From: Marsupella aquatica | Lineage: Eukaryota; Plantae; Marchantiophyta | Direction of reading: 5' to 3' | Length of the DNA: 64,000 nt | Assembly (NCBI GenBank): GCA_973895155.1 | Contig: OZ316891.1 | Span: 24,551,899 to 24,615,898 of the forward strand | In this document: piece by piece, positions 1 through 13,161 of the stretch | Layout of the letters: each line of letters starts with the position of its first letter | How positions within the stretch are numbered: the first letter of the stretch is position 1 | Notes under the pieces: model-generated | The model's database searches: none | Told to the model about the DNA's origin: nothing | Seen by the model: only the letters and a program-made list of their open reading frames with translations | Made by a program: the position numbers and the translations under genes

Positions 1-796
1 CTGCTTAGGCAAGCACTCGGGGTGGGAGCAGATACCGACTATCAACTCAAGAAGGGTATGAGCAATGTCAATCAAGCTGCTCATTTTTGGGGATGCCTAT
101 TTGAACGGGCAACTGAGTACATTGGGACCTACAAAGACGAAGAATCGGAGAGAGCAGCTCGAGAATAGCAGGAGCTCGCTCAATTGTGAGAGCTGCAGAA
201 GTCTACCTTCTTAGGAGGAGAACTCATCAAGGTTGAATTCCTGTGGACACCTACTGGCAACGAGCTAGACCACCTTCTATTTTACAAGAACAGAATTGTT
301 GGCATCCGGGAAGCCATCAACCACTGCAACAACATACACTGGGAGTTGAAGGGTCGCACAGAGGGGTGGACGAAGGCAACCATGCTGGGAGAAACATCCA
401 CGACAGCCGCTATGAAGAGGAAAGGAGCCAACAACGAAGAGGCCACCCCTACAAAGAGAATGAGGTTGGCGGCACCAAGGAAGCCAACCGAGCAAGGAAG
501 CAGGAGGCAGGCAGAAGCCAAAGAGGAGGAGGTCGATCCCATCAATGCCGTTCCAACAAGAGATGACACGTGGAAAGGTTGGGCGACGACCCTTCTTGAG
601 GAAGTGCAACTACACTTTGCATGTGAAGAGGATGCATGCTTTACGGCTATGCAGACTCGAAAGTACCAGGGCTTCATGGCCGGATCCCGCTTGGAAGCCT
701 TCATGAAATTAACATGGCTGAAGCCGAAGGTGCCGGATTCAGACTTACTAGAATTTGTGGGATCATGGGAGCCCGAGAGCAATTCCACAAGGGTGT
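1..796 (+). mobile_element. Family A Gypsy LTR fragment (window edge) containing a decayed part of the LTR-encoded ORF; interrupted at 797 by a family B insertion
   Basis: Collinear with ~2623-3421 of the solo LTR (…KYQGFMAGSRLEAFMKLTWLKPKVPDSDLLEFVGSWEPESNSTRV); in-frame stops near 166 and 188; homology ends abruptly at 796. Confidence 0.9.
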
Positions 797-1164
797 TGTG
801 ACACCGCCGGTACAGCGGGTAATGAGTGATTTGGTCTAACCGTGCTTAGCACACGCGTTAGGGGTATCTTAGGCCGTTATTATTAGCATAATGATAGTAT
901 TTAGGTAGCCATTATGAGTAAGAAATCATTAGTCAATAAGGGAAATTCATGTTCGGGCTGGCGGCAGGTCGCCATTCACACGCCCGGGTTGCGAGCGTGT
1001 ACTGGGCCCCTTTTCCCCCTCCCTCGGGTCCGTATAACAAACTCCGGGAGGCGGCCACTGACACGAGCTGATCCGGACTGGCAAAGTGACCGGTACACTG
1101 CGAGCGTGAAAGGCTCGGCCTATAAGCTATGAGGAGGTGTCGGGCGATCGACGAGCTCTCAGGG

Positions 1165-1170
1165 TATAAA
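1165..1170 (+). promoter_or_regulatory. Putative TATA box of the family B LTR
   Basis: GGTATAAAAGGGGG about 370 bp into the unit, conserved as GGTATAAAGAGGG at 21421, upstream of the family B ORF. Confidence 0.5.
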
Positions 1171-2304
1171 AGGGGGCCAATCCTTTGCAGTGCACCAGTT
1201 CTTCAGTCCACGCGCCAGCTTCGACCCTAGCTCTCTCGCTTATCCTTAGTCACCTGCTATCTCCTCTGAATGTCGCACACGATCCTTTCCAGTTTGGCCA
1301 TATGATTCTAGACACAGTTCCTGTCTATCGGAGGGCACTTGGCCGACTCATTGAAACACGCCAACCCGCGCCGGTACAAGATGGAACGCGAATACAAAAG
1401 AGCCATCCGCCTAGCAGGTTGCCACCACTATCTCCTTAACTTTGAGTACCCGTCCCAGAGCGGCCCGAAGAGGTATCAGGGTAGTTCTTTGACGGAGGCA
1501 AATATATCAATTTCTAGGAAGCATTGCTTTGGCTCTCGAACGCGGTCTTCACTCTCCGGGCATGATCAACTTGCAGCAACACCACTTCGACCACATCCCT
1601 GCTCGGGTCCAGGCTATCATCAACAACGAGTTCAACACTACCCGGTCGACAGGGCCGTCTGCACTTGCTTTGGAAAACCTCCACCGGCACCTGCAGAACT
1701 TCTTGGCAACTCTACCATCAATGACTAGTGCCAGCCAACCCGTGCCCGTACACGCTCCTACACCTCCTCGGCCTCAGCCGAGCCGGTCCTTGCCACCGGT
1801 TCCACCACCTCTCCGAGTACGATCCGTGGTGAATGCGGTAAATATTAGCTTTGAAGACAAGGAGGCTCACCCTCCTCTGAATAGACGGCCGCAGGGTACG
1901 ACTCAACAAGTGCCGAACAACCCAACACCACTCCAGCAAGCCTGAGGGGATAACACGGTAACTCTAGCGGCCCGCCACCAATACTCACGGCAGTCGCGCT
2001 ACCACCACCTGACCGAGAGGAAGGAGAGATGTCCCCTTCTTCTAGTCACCCCGGGAATCAGTCTTGGGGTAGGAAGAGGAAGGAATCCGCAGCCGTATCT
2101 AGGTTGCCTTTGGCCACGGTTGCAGTAGCCAAGCTGACCATGCATCGCATGGGGGACAATGTTCACAAGAACATCCTCCACCCCAAGCATGCATGCTATC
2201 TGAAGACCCAAGGGTTTGAGCACCTTGCCTCTCTCCCTTGGAACTCAAGCAGGTACTACGGGCAGGATATGTCGGAGTTCATTCAAAACTTTGACAGGGC
2301 CCGT

Positions 2305-5300
2305 TGTGATGCCTAGCCAGGAATCACTAGCCCGGTTTAATGGTAAAGCAGGAGTGTACCCTGGAAACACCTTAGTATAGGAACAAAACAAGGAAAATAT
2401 AAACAATTAAGGGTGACTATGGAACCCGGGCCGAGGCCGGAAGTAAGGACGCGGGGGGAGAGAACACAATTAGGGTTAGGGCGCGCTAAGCGTCGGCAGC
2501 TAGGGGTGACCAACGGGAGGGAAGACCTTAGGAGGAGAGGGGTAAGGACCGCTTGCGAGGAATAGTGGCTCATTTGCAAGAACAAACTGGGCAGACGACT
2601 ACGGGAGGCCAATCGCTGTCAGCTGCTTAGGCAAGCACTTGGGGTGGGAACAAATACCAACAATCAACTCAAGGAGGGTATGAGCAACGTCAATCAAGCG
2701 GCACATTTTTGGGGATGCCTATTCAAACGGGCAGGTGAGTACATCAGGACTTACGAGGATGAGGAATCGGAGAGAGCAGCTCGAGAACGGCAGGAACTCG
2801 CTTGGCTCTGGGAACTACAGAAGATGGCTTTCTTAGGAGGAGAACTTATCAAGGCCAAGTTCTTGTGGACTCCTACTGCCAATCAGCTCGACGATCTTCT
2901 GTTTTGCAAAAACAGAATCTTCGGCCGCATCAGGGAAGCCATCAATCGCTGCACCGACCTACACTGGGAGTTGAAGGGTAACACAGACGGGTGGACAAAG
3001 GCAACCTTGCTAGGAGAAACATCCACGGCAGCCGAGATGAAGAGGAAAGGAAACAACAATGAAGAGGCCACCCCGGCAAAAAGAACGAGGTTGGCGACAC
3101 CTAGGAAGCCAGCAGCGCAGCAGAGCGGGACTAGGGGAGAAGCCGAGGGGGAAGAGGTCGATCCCATCAATGCCATTCCAACAAACGATGACACCTGGAA
3201 AGGCTGGGCGGCGACCCTACTGGAAGAAGTGCAATTACACTTTGCACGAGAGGAGGATGCATGCTTTACGGCCATGCAGACCAAGAAGTACCAAGGCTTC
3301 ATGGTCGGATCCGGCTTGGAAGCCTTTGTAAGATTACCATGGCTGAAGTCGGAGGTTCCGGACTCAGACTTATTAGAATTCGTGGGATCATGGGAACCCG
3401 AGACCAATTCCACGAGGGTGTATGGGAAGGATTTCTATCTCACTCCCCGGGTGATTGCTGAGGTGTTTGGCTTGCCAATGGGTAATAAGACCAAGGTTGA
3501 TACCAGGAAGACCTTACTTGACAAGGAGTTCCAGTCGTTCCCAGGACCATCAACGAAAAATGGCTTCTTCCGGAACACCTGCACCAACCCGCACATCGGA
3601 GAGATGATCAATTTCTTGCGGGTGACCATGCACTGTAACTTGCCGAGGGCAGAGATCGGCAAGGCTCAGGTCTACCTGGCAGAAAGGCCAAACCCAAGCC
3701 GGGATTACAACGGGTACCTCCTCAACCAATTGAAGAAGATCTTGAAGGAAGAACAACAGGTGATCGGCGTGGGAAGCGTGTGTCGGCTTGGCTATCACAT
3801 GCCGCTGTTGTGCCGGTATGCCAGAAATCAAATCTTTGCCCCAGTACTTCCCCTATCGGCAAGGGCACCGAAGGAGGTTCCGGAGCAGAGGCCGGCACCA
3901 GAGAAGCCCAACCAACCCGACAGTTTGACGATCGAGCAGGTGTTTTGGACAAGGAAAGAAGACGTGCCGATGCAGCAACCAGGCATGCAAAGTCTGTTGA
4001 ACTTACTGGAGAAGGAAAGGAGAACGGTTCCGGCAACGGCAACAGCAATGATACAGGACAATGCCCCAGAGGTTGGCTTCAGCCGACTCAGAGGGGAAGA
4101 TCCCTTTACCGGAGCCAAGGAGAGAAGGAGGCCAGAACACAAGCAGGGAGTGCGGATGTATGTGGGAGCCTCAAGCCCCGAATCAGAGGCAGAGCAGCCT
4201 AAGGCTCCTTTCCGCGAAGAGCAAAAGGAGACGACAGCCAGGAAACCAGAGGAACCAGAGGCCATTTTCACAACTGGACCAGGGGAACAAGGGGAGAAGG
4301 CGGGAGTCCAAGTAGTGGAGGAGGCGGGAGAGGACTACAACAATGATAACTCTGGCAATGGGTCGGATCATCATGTTCCAGGAGTAAGAACCTGTGGCCA
4401 ATTTATCCCCACGCTTCCAAGAGTAGTTTGAGGGGACCCCAACCAGCAGAGTAGCCCCGAGTCTCCCCCACCAGAGATTGCTCCCCCGAGATTTGACGGC
4501 ATAAAGCAGACAACACAGGAATTTCAGGAGCGACTTAGGGAGGAAGAGAAAGCAGCCCTGGCTAGGGAGAAGGATTTACCAGGAGGAGATTGGCCGGAGG
4601 ACATCAGGCGGCTTGCCAAAAAAAGAAGCAACCCTCTTGCCACCATAGAAGAAATCCTCAAGACGGCTTGGGAGCAGAGGCCGCGGTGGGTAATGCCGAT
4701 GACTTCTAGTTACTCCACCTATGCTAAGGATGGAGCCATGGAGTATCGGGGGATGTGTGGGGAACTGGCGCTCAGCATCTTTGGGGAGGAGTTGGAGTAG
4801 GGACCCTTTTTCTAGAGGGAGATGTTGGAAAAGCACCGATTAGAAGAAGCGGTGGCTTTGGAGAGGAGCAAGAAGGACGAGGTCATCCGGCGGCTTAGGG
4901 AGAAGGAAGCCAAGATGGAAATCCTGCAGGTGGCCAAGAAAGCCCAAGATGAACTACGGATTAAGCGGCATGAGCTAAACATCATGCAGGGGCAGTTGGA
5001 TACCGCTCAGTCTAACAATCAGATTATCAAAGATAAACTGACTCGGACCCAAGCAGAGTTGGCCGGCGTAGTCAAGGAAAGAGAGAAATGGAAGCGGGAG
5101 CTAAGGGATGCAGAGGAGGCCCACTTAGCAACCAACAATCGGGCCATGGCGGAGAACCAGAGAAGGGAGAGGGCGTTGAAAGGAGAGCTCGAAGATATCC
5201 ACGGAGCCCTTGAGTAGAAGGAAGCAGAGTTAGGGAAATCCTATCAAGGGATTATTGCACTGTAGTAGGAGCTTGCGTCCCTAACGGCCAGCTTCAAGGC

Positions 5301-7005
5301 TGACCAGCATGAAAAGGACGACCATCTCAACCAGACTTATGCCAAGATGAATAAGATGGAGTCTGTGGTCGTAGTAGAGCTCGACAAGGAGCTAAGAGCA
5401 ACCCAGGAGGAGAGGGCTACCTTAAAGAAAAAATTGGAGGAAGCCAATAAGGAGCTGGAGGAGGCGCGCAAGGACCTGGACAAGACCCAGGAGGAGTTGG
5501 AGGAAATCACGAGGAAGATGGAGAACCTACAGCGGCGGGCCGACAACCAAACGGAGCGGCTGAAGACACAAGCCGCAGTATTTAAATGTTTGGCTTCATC
5601 AAGTCCAACTCCAATTGGGGGAACCCAGTTACCAGGGGTAGTATTGGCCGCAGGACAAGCCAAAACACTCACCCCGGTGCCGAAGGTAGGTGGCAAGGGG
5701 AAGGAACTGGCTGTCAAAATAGGGAAGAAGAAGAAGTGGAAACCTTCTAGGTCTAGGAGTTATACGGCTTCTCAAGCCGAGGTGACCGAGAGGATAAACC
5801 CGGCACCAATCTTCGGCATCAGCACGGCGGTGGATCCACCAGTCCTAGGAAGTGGAGATGGACCGGATCCTCCGCTAGAACATGCCGGGGAGGCCGGAGC
5901 CGTATCGGAGGCCGTAGCCGTATTGGAGGCCGTAGCCGTATCGGAGGCCGGGACCGATGACGAAGAGAAAGCCGGGGGTGGACCCAGTCAGGCCAATGAA
6001 GAGTTGACTCGGTCAAGGGCAGGTAATCTGTCAATGGACAGACCAACGGTAGTGGCTGCGGAGAAAACGTTGGGGGCGTCCATTGAGAACCAGCCACCGG
6101 TGTCGTGATGGTGTAAAGGCACCGTCCCTTTTAGGGAGGGCGGACGTGGAGGTAGGAGGCGTGAGTGGGCAGGGCGGGCGCTGATCTCCAAGTTTAGATT
6201 TAGGATCAGGACCAGGAGAAGGCCCTGACACTTAGATTAGTGGGATTTTGGATCCGCGGGTGAGGGCGACACTTGTGCTCCTGCCTCGCTGTAGTTAGGT
6301 AGATTACAGTAGATAGATTAGGCTTACGCTGCAAGGAATCAGGCGGATCCACGACCAGGATAAGTACCTGGGCTGCGGGGAGTTCAGGGCCTCTTCTTTA
6401 GCAAGTTTTTAGTTGCACCAGCAGGGCTGGGATCAAGTAGTAAGAGAAGCTCTCGGTTAGTTATACAGTGACCTTGTGTATATCCATGTTTCCTCATACC
6501 TAAGAACTGAATAGAGTTGGCCTCACGGCTTAGTTCGCAGAGCTTGTGTATGAGATGTACTGTTTGTATTGCAAGTGCAGGGTATAACTCAGTCAGAAGG
6601 AGTCATTTTGCTATTTGTGTGTCGCATTAACTTGTGTGAAGAGTGCCCACATCAACAAGAAGAAGGGAAGTAAACAAGGGAGTGAGAGTTGGATGTGTCG
6701 AGCTGAGAGAGGTCTTAGCGGCTTAACCAAACCAATTGGGGATCATTCCGGCGGCGGAATTCAAATATACCTAACCAACAGAAGGGAAAGACAAGAGAAG
6801 GCATAGATTGGGCCAACTGCATATCTCATGACCCAATGAAGGATCTGTCCAGTATATGTGTGTAAAATGTTAATAGTAGTAGTAGGAGGTTAGCAGCGTC
6901 CCATGCCGCTAAGCCGTGGAAACAGCCTCGCCAAGCATGAAACTTGCGGGAATCGGCTTGGGCGGGGGGGTTTCTTGGGTTTGGGGAGCCATGGAACGCA
7001 CCACA
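2305..7005 (+). mobile_element. Family A solo LTR (4,701 bp)
   Basis: TGTGATGCC…GCACCACA termini; perfect 5-bp TSD CCCGT (2300-2304, 7006-7010); no PBS or internal domain follows. Confidence 0.95.
2419..6108 (+). pseudogene. Family A LTR-encoded ~1,230-codon ORF (plant-transposon/PMD-like domain plus coiled coil) with in-frame stops
   Basis: ATG 2419 (MEPGPRP) to TGA 6108 is one reading frame joining track ORFs 2644-4431, 4822-5217 and 5347-6108; interruptions are point stops. Confidence 0.85.
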
Positions 7006-8521
7006 CCCGTCAACAAACCCGAGTGCACGGGAGAGTGATGCGTCTCAAGATGATTTTTGGCTTACCCGAGGGGATAAACCGAGTAGAGTCGCGGGCTCTT
7101 GGGGGCAAGGGAGCTAAATACCAATCCTCTAGCTTCCCGGCCAAGGGGGTAGTGGACAATGGGTTCTTAATGAGGACGTGCCTCATCCCGGAGGTAGCAG
7201 AATGCCTGGAGTTCCAGCGGTATGCCCTCCACATGATGGAACCCAGAGGCAAAATATCGGCCGCCCAGGTCATCCAGGTGGAGAACTATCGGCCCAGGAA
7301 GTGGGCATCCTTCTTTGTCAAGAAGTTCCACGAGGAGATGGAGCGGAGAAGAAAGACTTTGTACCTTGGCGGAAGGGCGTACTTTGCTAGCCACATTGAA
7401 ATCATCATCAAGTGGTACGCTCGTTTTGATTGCCGTAGCCTCCCGCGTATCAATGAGCCCGAGCTGATCCCGTCAAAATGGGTGTTCCTAGCCCAGGTGA
7501 GGTGACCGCAGCCCAAGGCTTGAAGTATGGCAGCTGCAAGCCTTTCTACCTTGGCCCCGCAACCCGTTGTTGCCGCCCCGCCAAGCATACCCATAGACAT
7601 TATCGCGACCTTAGACGCGATCAATCGGGACAATGTAATCAAAGCCAAGCTGGATGAAGCCATACCCAAAGCAGATGCCACGGTAGCCGAGGAGATTCCG
7701 CCAACCCCCGCGGTTGTGTAGGAGAACCGCCCACCTCCAGTGGAACCAGCCCTTTTGACCGACTTACCTCAAGGGCTGGATGTGTCCACTCCTACTCCCT
7801 CACGGGTTGGAGTCTGCCCGTGCCCGAATCCAGATGGACACAATCTAGACCATCCAGAACTCTTTGCGCCGTGCACATTTCTGAATGGGTTGTTGGGAGA
7901 TTTCTCTCAACAGATCTCTCGGGACACCGGGGAATACATGGCCTGGAGGGTGGCCTACTTCTTCAACTAGGAGTTGGTTGCAGCTGTAAGGGCAGGACAT
8001 GCGCAGGCAGAGACAGCGTAGAGAATAGAGCAATATCGGGTTGAGTCTGCCTACCTGAAGAACAAAGTGGCAACCCTGGAGGCTGAACTCCAGCAACTGC
8101 GGCCTCAAGTAACTGCCACAAAGGACCAGGTTGCCAAGGCTAGGGCTCAAGCAGCTTTAGCAGAACAGGCCGGGCTTGGAAAGGACGGCAAGATCACACG
8201 GCTTTGGACCAAGATTGACGGTTTGAAGGGATAAACCGTCAGTTGGCAAAAGAATCTGGAGGAAGCTGACTCTAGGTCTCAACAAGACACAACCAAGATT
8301 GACACCCTGAAGGCAGAGGTGGCGCGGCTTCAAGGAGAAGCCACAAAACAGGCCCAGTTGGTGGATAAGTTGACAAGCGACACCCAGCAACTGGAGGAGG
8401 TACGCTAGGAGGCCGCAGAAGAGGCAGACACGGCAAAGCGGGAGAACAAATCTCTGCTAGACCAGGTCCAGCTACTCAAGCAGGACACCGACAGACTCAG
8501 AAGGCAGCGGGATAGCCGCTC

Positions 8522-11500
8522 TGTGATGCCTAGCCAGGAATCACTAGCTCGGTTTACATGGTAAAGCAGGAGTGTACCCTGGAAACACCTTAGTATAGGA
8601 ACAAAAACAAGGAAAATATAAACAATTAAGGGTGACTATGGAACCCAAGCCGAGGCCAGAAGTAAGGACGCCGGGGGAGAGAACACGATTAGGGTTAGGG
8701 CGCGCTAAGCGTTGGCGGCTAGGGGTGACCAACGGAAGGGAAGACCAGAGGAGGAGAGGGGTAAGGACCGCTCGCGAGGAATAGTGGCTCATTTGCAAGA
8801 ACAAATTGGGCAGAGGACTACGGGAGGCCAAATGCTGTCAGCTGCTTAGGCAAGCACTCGGGGTGGGAACAGATACCAACGATCGACTCAAGGAGGGTAT
8901 GAGCAACGTCAATCAAGTGGCATATTTTTGGGGATGCCTGTTCAAACGGGCAGGTGAGTACGTCAGGACTTACGAGGACAAAGAATCAGAGAGAGCAGCT
9001 CGAGAACGGCAGGAGCTAGCTCAGCTCTGGGAACTACAGAAGACGGCTTTCTTAGGAGGAGAACTTATCAAGGCCGAGTTCTTGTGGACTCCTACTGCCA
9101 ATCAGCTTGACGACCTTATGTTTTGCAAAAACAAAATTGTCGGCATCCGGGAAGCCATCAATCGCTGCAAAGACCTACACTGGGAGTTGAAGGGTAACAC
9201 AGAGGGGTGAATAAAGGCAACCTTGCTAGGAGAAACATCCACGGCAGCCGAGATGAAGAGGAAAGGAAACAACAACGAAGAGGCCACCCCGGCAAAAAGA
9301 ACGAGGTTGGCGGTACCTAGGAAGCCAGCAGAGCAGTAGAGCAGGACAAGGGGAGACGCCAAAGAGGAAGAGGTCGATCCCATCAAGGCCATTCCAACAA
9401 ACGATGACACCTGGAAAGGCTGGGCGGCGACCCTACCGGAGGAAGTGCAATTACACTTTGCACGGGAGGAGGATGCATGCTTTACGGCCATGCAGACCAA
9501 AAAGTACCAAGGCTTCATGGTCGGATCCGGCTTGGAAGCCTTTGTAAGATTACCATGGCTGAAGTTAGAGGTGCCAGACTCAGACTTATTAGAATTTGTG
9601 GGATCATGGGAACCCGAGACCAATTCCACGAGGGTGTATGGGAAGGATTTCTATCTCACTCCCCGGGTGATTGCTGAGGTGTTTGGCTTGCCGATGGGTA
9701 ATAAGACCAAGGTTGATACCAGGAAGACCTTCCCTGACAAGGAGTTCCGGTCATTCCCAGGACCATCAACAAAGAATGGCTTCTTCCGGAACACCTGCAC
9801 CAACCCGCACATCAGAGAGATGATCGATTTCTTGCGGGTCACCATGCACTGTAACTTGCCGAGGGCAGAGATCGGCAAGGCTCAGGTCTACCTGGCAGAA
9901 AGGCCAGACCCAAACCGGGATTACAACAGGTACCTCATCAACCAACTGAAGAAGATCTTGAAGGAGGAACAAGAGGTGATCGGCATGGGAAGCGTGTCCC
10001 GGCTTGGCTATCACATGCCGCTGTTGTGCCGGTATGCCAGAAGTCAAATCTTTGCCCTAATACTTCCCCTATTGGCAAGGGCACCAAAGGAGGTTCTGGA
10101 GCAGGGGCCGGCACCAGAGCAGCCCAACCAGCCTGACAGTCCGACGATCGAGCAGGTGTTTTGGACAAGGAAAGAAGACTTGCCGATGCAGCACCCAGGC
10201 ATGCAAAATCTGCTGAAATTGCTGGAGAAGGAAAAGAGAACAGCAATAGCAACGGCAACGGTTTTGGCAACGGCAATGGTTCCGGTAACGGCAACGGTTC
10301 TGGCAACGGCAACAGCACCAATTCAAGACGCTGCCCCAGAGGTCGGCTTAAGCCGACTCAGAAGGGAAGACCCCTTTACCGATGCCAAGGAGAGAAGGAG
10401 GCCAGAACACAAGCCGGGAGTGCAAATGTATGTAGGAGCCTCAAGCCCTGAATCAGAGGCAGAGCAATCTAAGGCTCCTTCCCGCGGGGAACAAAGGGAG
10501 AAGTCAGGAGTCCAAGTAGTGGAGGAGGCGGTGGAGGACTACAGCAATGATAACTCCGGCTATGGGTTGGATCATCATGTTCCAGGAGTAAGGACCTATG
10601 GCCGATTTATCCCCACGCTTCCAAGAGTAGTTCGAGGGGACCCCACCCAGTAGAGTAGCCCCGAGTCTCCCCCACCAGAGATTGCTCCCCCGAGCTTTGA
10701 CGGCATAAAGCAGACGGCACAAGAATTTCAAGAGCAACTTAGGGAGGAAGAGAAAGCAGCCTTGGCTAGGGAGAAGGATTTACCAGGAGGAGATTGGCCG
10801 GAGGACATTAGGCGGCTTGCCAAAAAAAGAAGCAACCCTCTTGCCACCATAGAAGAAATCCGCAAGGCGGCTTGGGAGCAGAGGCCGTGGTGGTTGATGA
10901 GGATGTTGAAGCGGTGGCTTTGGAGAGAAGCAAGAAGGACGAGGTCATCCGACGGCTTAGGGAGAAGGAAGCCGAGGTGGAAGTCCTGCAAGTGGCCAAG
11001 AAAGCCCAAGATGAGCTACGAATTAAGCGGCATGAGCTAAACATCATGCAGGGGCAGTTGGATACCGCTCAGTCTGACAATCAGATTATCAAAGATAAAC
11101 TGACTTGGACCCAAGGAGAGTTGGCCGGCGCAGTCAAGGAAAGAGAGAAATGGAAGTGGGAGTTAAGGGATGCAGAGGAGGCCCACTTAGCAACCAACAA
11201 TCGGGCCATGGCGGAGAACCTGAGAAGGGAGAGGGCGTTGAAAGGAGAGCTCGAAGATATCCACGGAGCCCTTGAGTAGAAGGAAGCAGAGTTAGGGAAA
11301 TCCTATCAAGGGATTATTGCACTGTAGTAGGAGCTTGCGTCCCTAACGGCCAGCTTCAAGGCTGACCAGCATGAAAAGGACGACCATCTCAACCAGACTT
11401 ATGCCAAGATGAATAAGATGGAGTCTGTGGTCGTAGTAGAGCTCGACAAGGAGCTAAGAGCAACCCAGGAGGAGAGGGCTACCTTAAAGAAAAAATTGGA

Positions 11501-13092
11501 GGAAGCCAATAAGGAGCTGGAGGAGGCGCGCAAGGACCTGGACAAGACCCAGGAGGAGTTGGAGGAAATCACGAGGAAGATGGAGAACCTACAGCGGCGG
11601 GCCGACAACCAAACGGAGCGGCTGAAGACACAAGCCGCAGTATTTAAATGCTTGACTTCATCAGATCCAACTCCCAATGGGGGAACCCAGTTACCAGGGG
11701 TAGTATTGGCCACAGGACAAGCCAAAACACTCACCCCGGTGCCGAAGGTAAGTGGCAAGGGGAAGGAACCGGCTGTCGAATTAGGGAAGAAGAAGAAGCG
11801 GAAACCTTCTAGGTCTGGGGGTTATACGGCTTCTCAAGCCGTTGTGACCGAGAAGATAAACCCGACACCAATCTTTGGCATTGGCACGGCGGTGGATCCA
11901 CAAGTCCTAGGAAGTGGAGATGGCAAGGCCGAGGCCGGGAGAACCAGTAATGATGCCGAGGTACCGGATCCTCCACTAGAACATGCCAGGGATGCCGTAG
12001 CCGTATTGGAGGCCGTGACCGATGCTGAGGCCAAAGCCGAGGGTGGACCCAGTCAGGCCGATGAAGAGTTGACTCGGTCAAGGGCAGGTAATCTGTCAGT
12101 GGACGGACCAACGGCAGTGGCTGCGAAGGAAGCGTTGGGGGCATCCATTGAGGACCAGCCACCGGTGTCGTGATGGTGTAAGGGCGCCGTCCCTTTTAGG
12201 GTGGGGCGGACGTGGAGGTAGAAGGCGTGAGTGGGCAGGGCGGGCGCTGATCTCCAAGTTTAGACTTAGGATCAGGACTAGGAGAACGGCCCTGACACTT
12301 AGATTAGTGGGATTTTGGATCCACGGGTGAAGGCAACACTTGTGCTCCTGCCTTGCTGTACATAGGTAGATTATAGTCAGGTAAATTACAGTAGGTAGAT
12401 TAGGCTTACGCTGCAAGGAATCAGGCGGATCCACGACCAAGATAAGTACTTGGGCTGCGGGGAGTTCAGGGCCTCTTCTTTAGCAAGTTTTTAGTTGCAC
12501 CAGCAGGGCTGGGAACTAGTAGTAAGAGAAGCTCTCGGTTAGTTATACAGTGACCCTTGTGTATATTCATGTTTCCTCATACCTAAGAACTGAATAGAGT
12601 TGGCCTCACGGCTTAGTTCGCAGAGCTTGTGTATGAGATATACTGTTTGTATTGCAAGTGCATGGTATAACTCAGTCAGAAGGAGTCATTTTGCTATTTG
12701 TGTTTTGCATTAACTTGTGTGAAGAGTGCCCACATCAACAACTAGAAGGGAAGTAAGCAAGGGAGTGAGAGTTGGATGTGTCGAGCTGAGAGAGGTCTTA
12801 GCGGCTTAACCAAACCAATTGGGGATCATTCTGGCGGCGGAATCCAAATTAATATACCTAACCAACGGAGGGGAAGACAAGAGAAGGTCTAGATTAGGCC
12901 AACTGCGTATCTCATGACCCGATGAAGGATCTGTCTGGTATATGTGTGTAAAATGTTAATAGTAGTAGTAGGAGGTTAGCAGCATCCCATGCCGCTAAGC
13001 CATGGAAACGGCCTCGCCGAGCACAAAACCTACGGGAATTGGCTTGTGCGGGGGGGGTTTCTTGGGTTTGGGGAGCCATGGGATGCACCACA
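8522..13092 (+). repeat. 5' LTR of the older family A element
   Basis: TGTGATGCC…GCACCACA followed by TTTT-TGGCGCTAGATGGAGGGG. Confidence 0.93.
8638..12173 (+). pseudogene. Family A LTR-encoded ORF, decayed (stops and an internal deletion near 10890)
   Basis: Track ORFs 8806-9210, 9445-10653, 10872-11279 and 11409-12173 are homologous to the other LTR ORFs. Confidence 0.85.
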
Positions 13093-13096
13093 TTTT

Positions 13097-13114
13097 TGGC
13101 GCTAGATGGAGGGG
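13097..13114 (+). other. Primer-binding site, tRNA-Asn type
   Basis: TGGCGCTAGATGGAGGGG 4 nt after the LTR end; one mismatch to TGGCGCTAGAAGGAGGGG, the complement of the plant cytosolic tRNA-Asn 3' end as recalled. Confidence 0.8.
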
Positions 13115-13161
13115 GCATTTCTTAAGCCGTGAGATATGAAGTTACGAAGGGAGCGTAGGTA

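Larger units (their letters stand above)
797..8521 (+). mobile_element. Family B LTR-like element, copy 1 (own sequence 797-2304 and 7011-8521; split by a solo LTR A and cut at 8522 by a family A element)
   Basis: Starts TGTGACACCGCCGGTAC, homologous to the start of copy 2 at 21065; 7011-8521 matches ~22607-23030 plus 38522-~39620 at the protein level. Confidence 0.85.
1339..8521 (+). pseudogene. Family B LTR-encoded ORF, copy 1, fragmented (1339-2304 and 7011-8521)
   Basis: ORF pieces 1339-1728, 1529-1945, 2029-2304, ~7011-7505, 7527-7970 and a coiled-coil-like remainder; homologous to 21600-23030/38522-39658; several stops and frameshifts. Confidence 0.8.

Noticed and set aside
13097-13114. 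tRNA gene
   Set aside because: Only an 18-nt complement to a tRNA 3' end (PBS); no cloverleaf.
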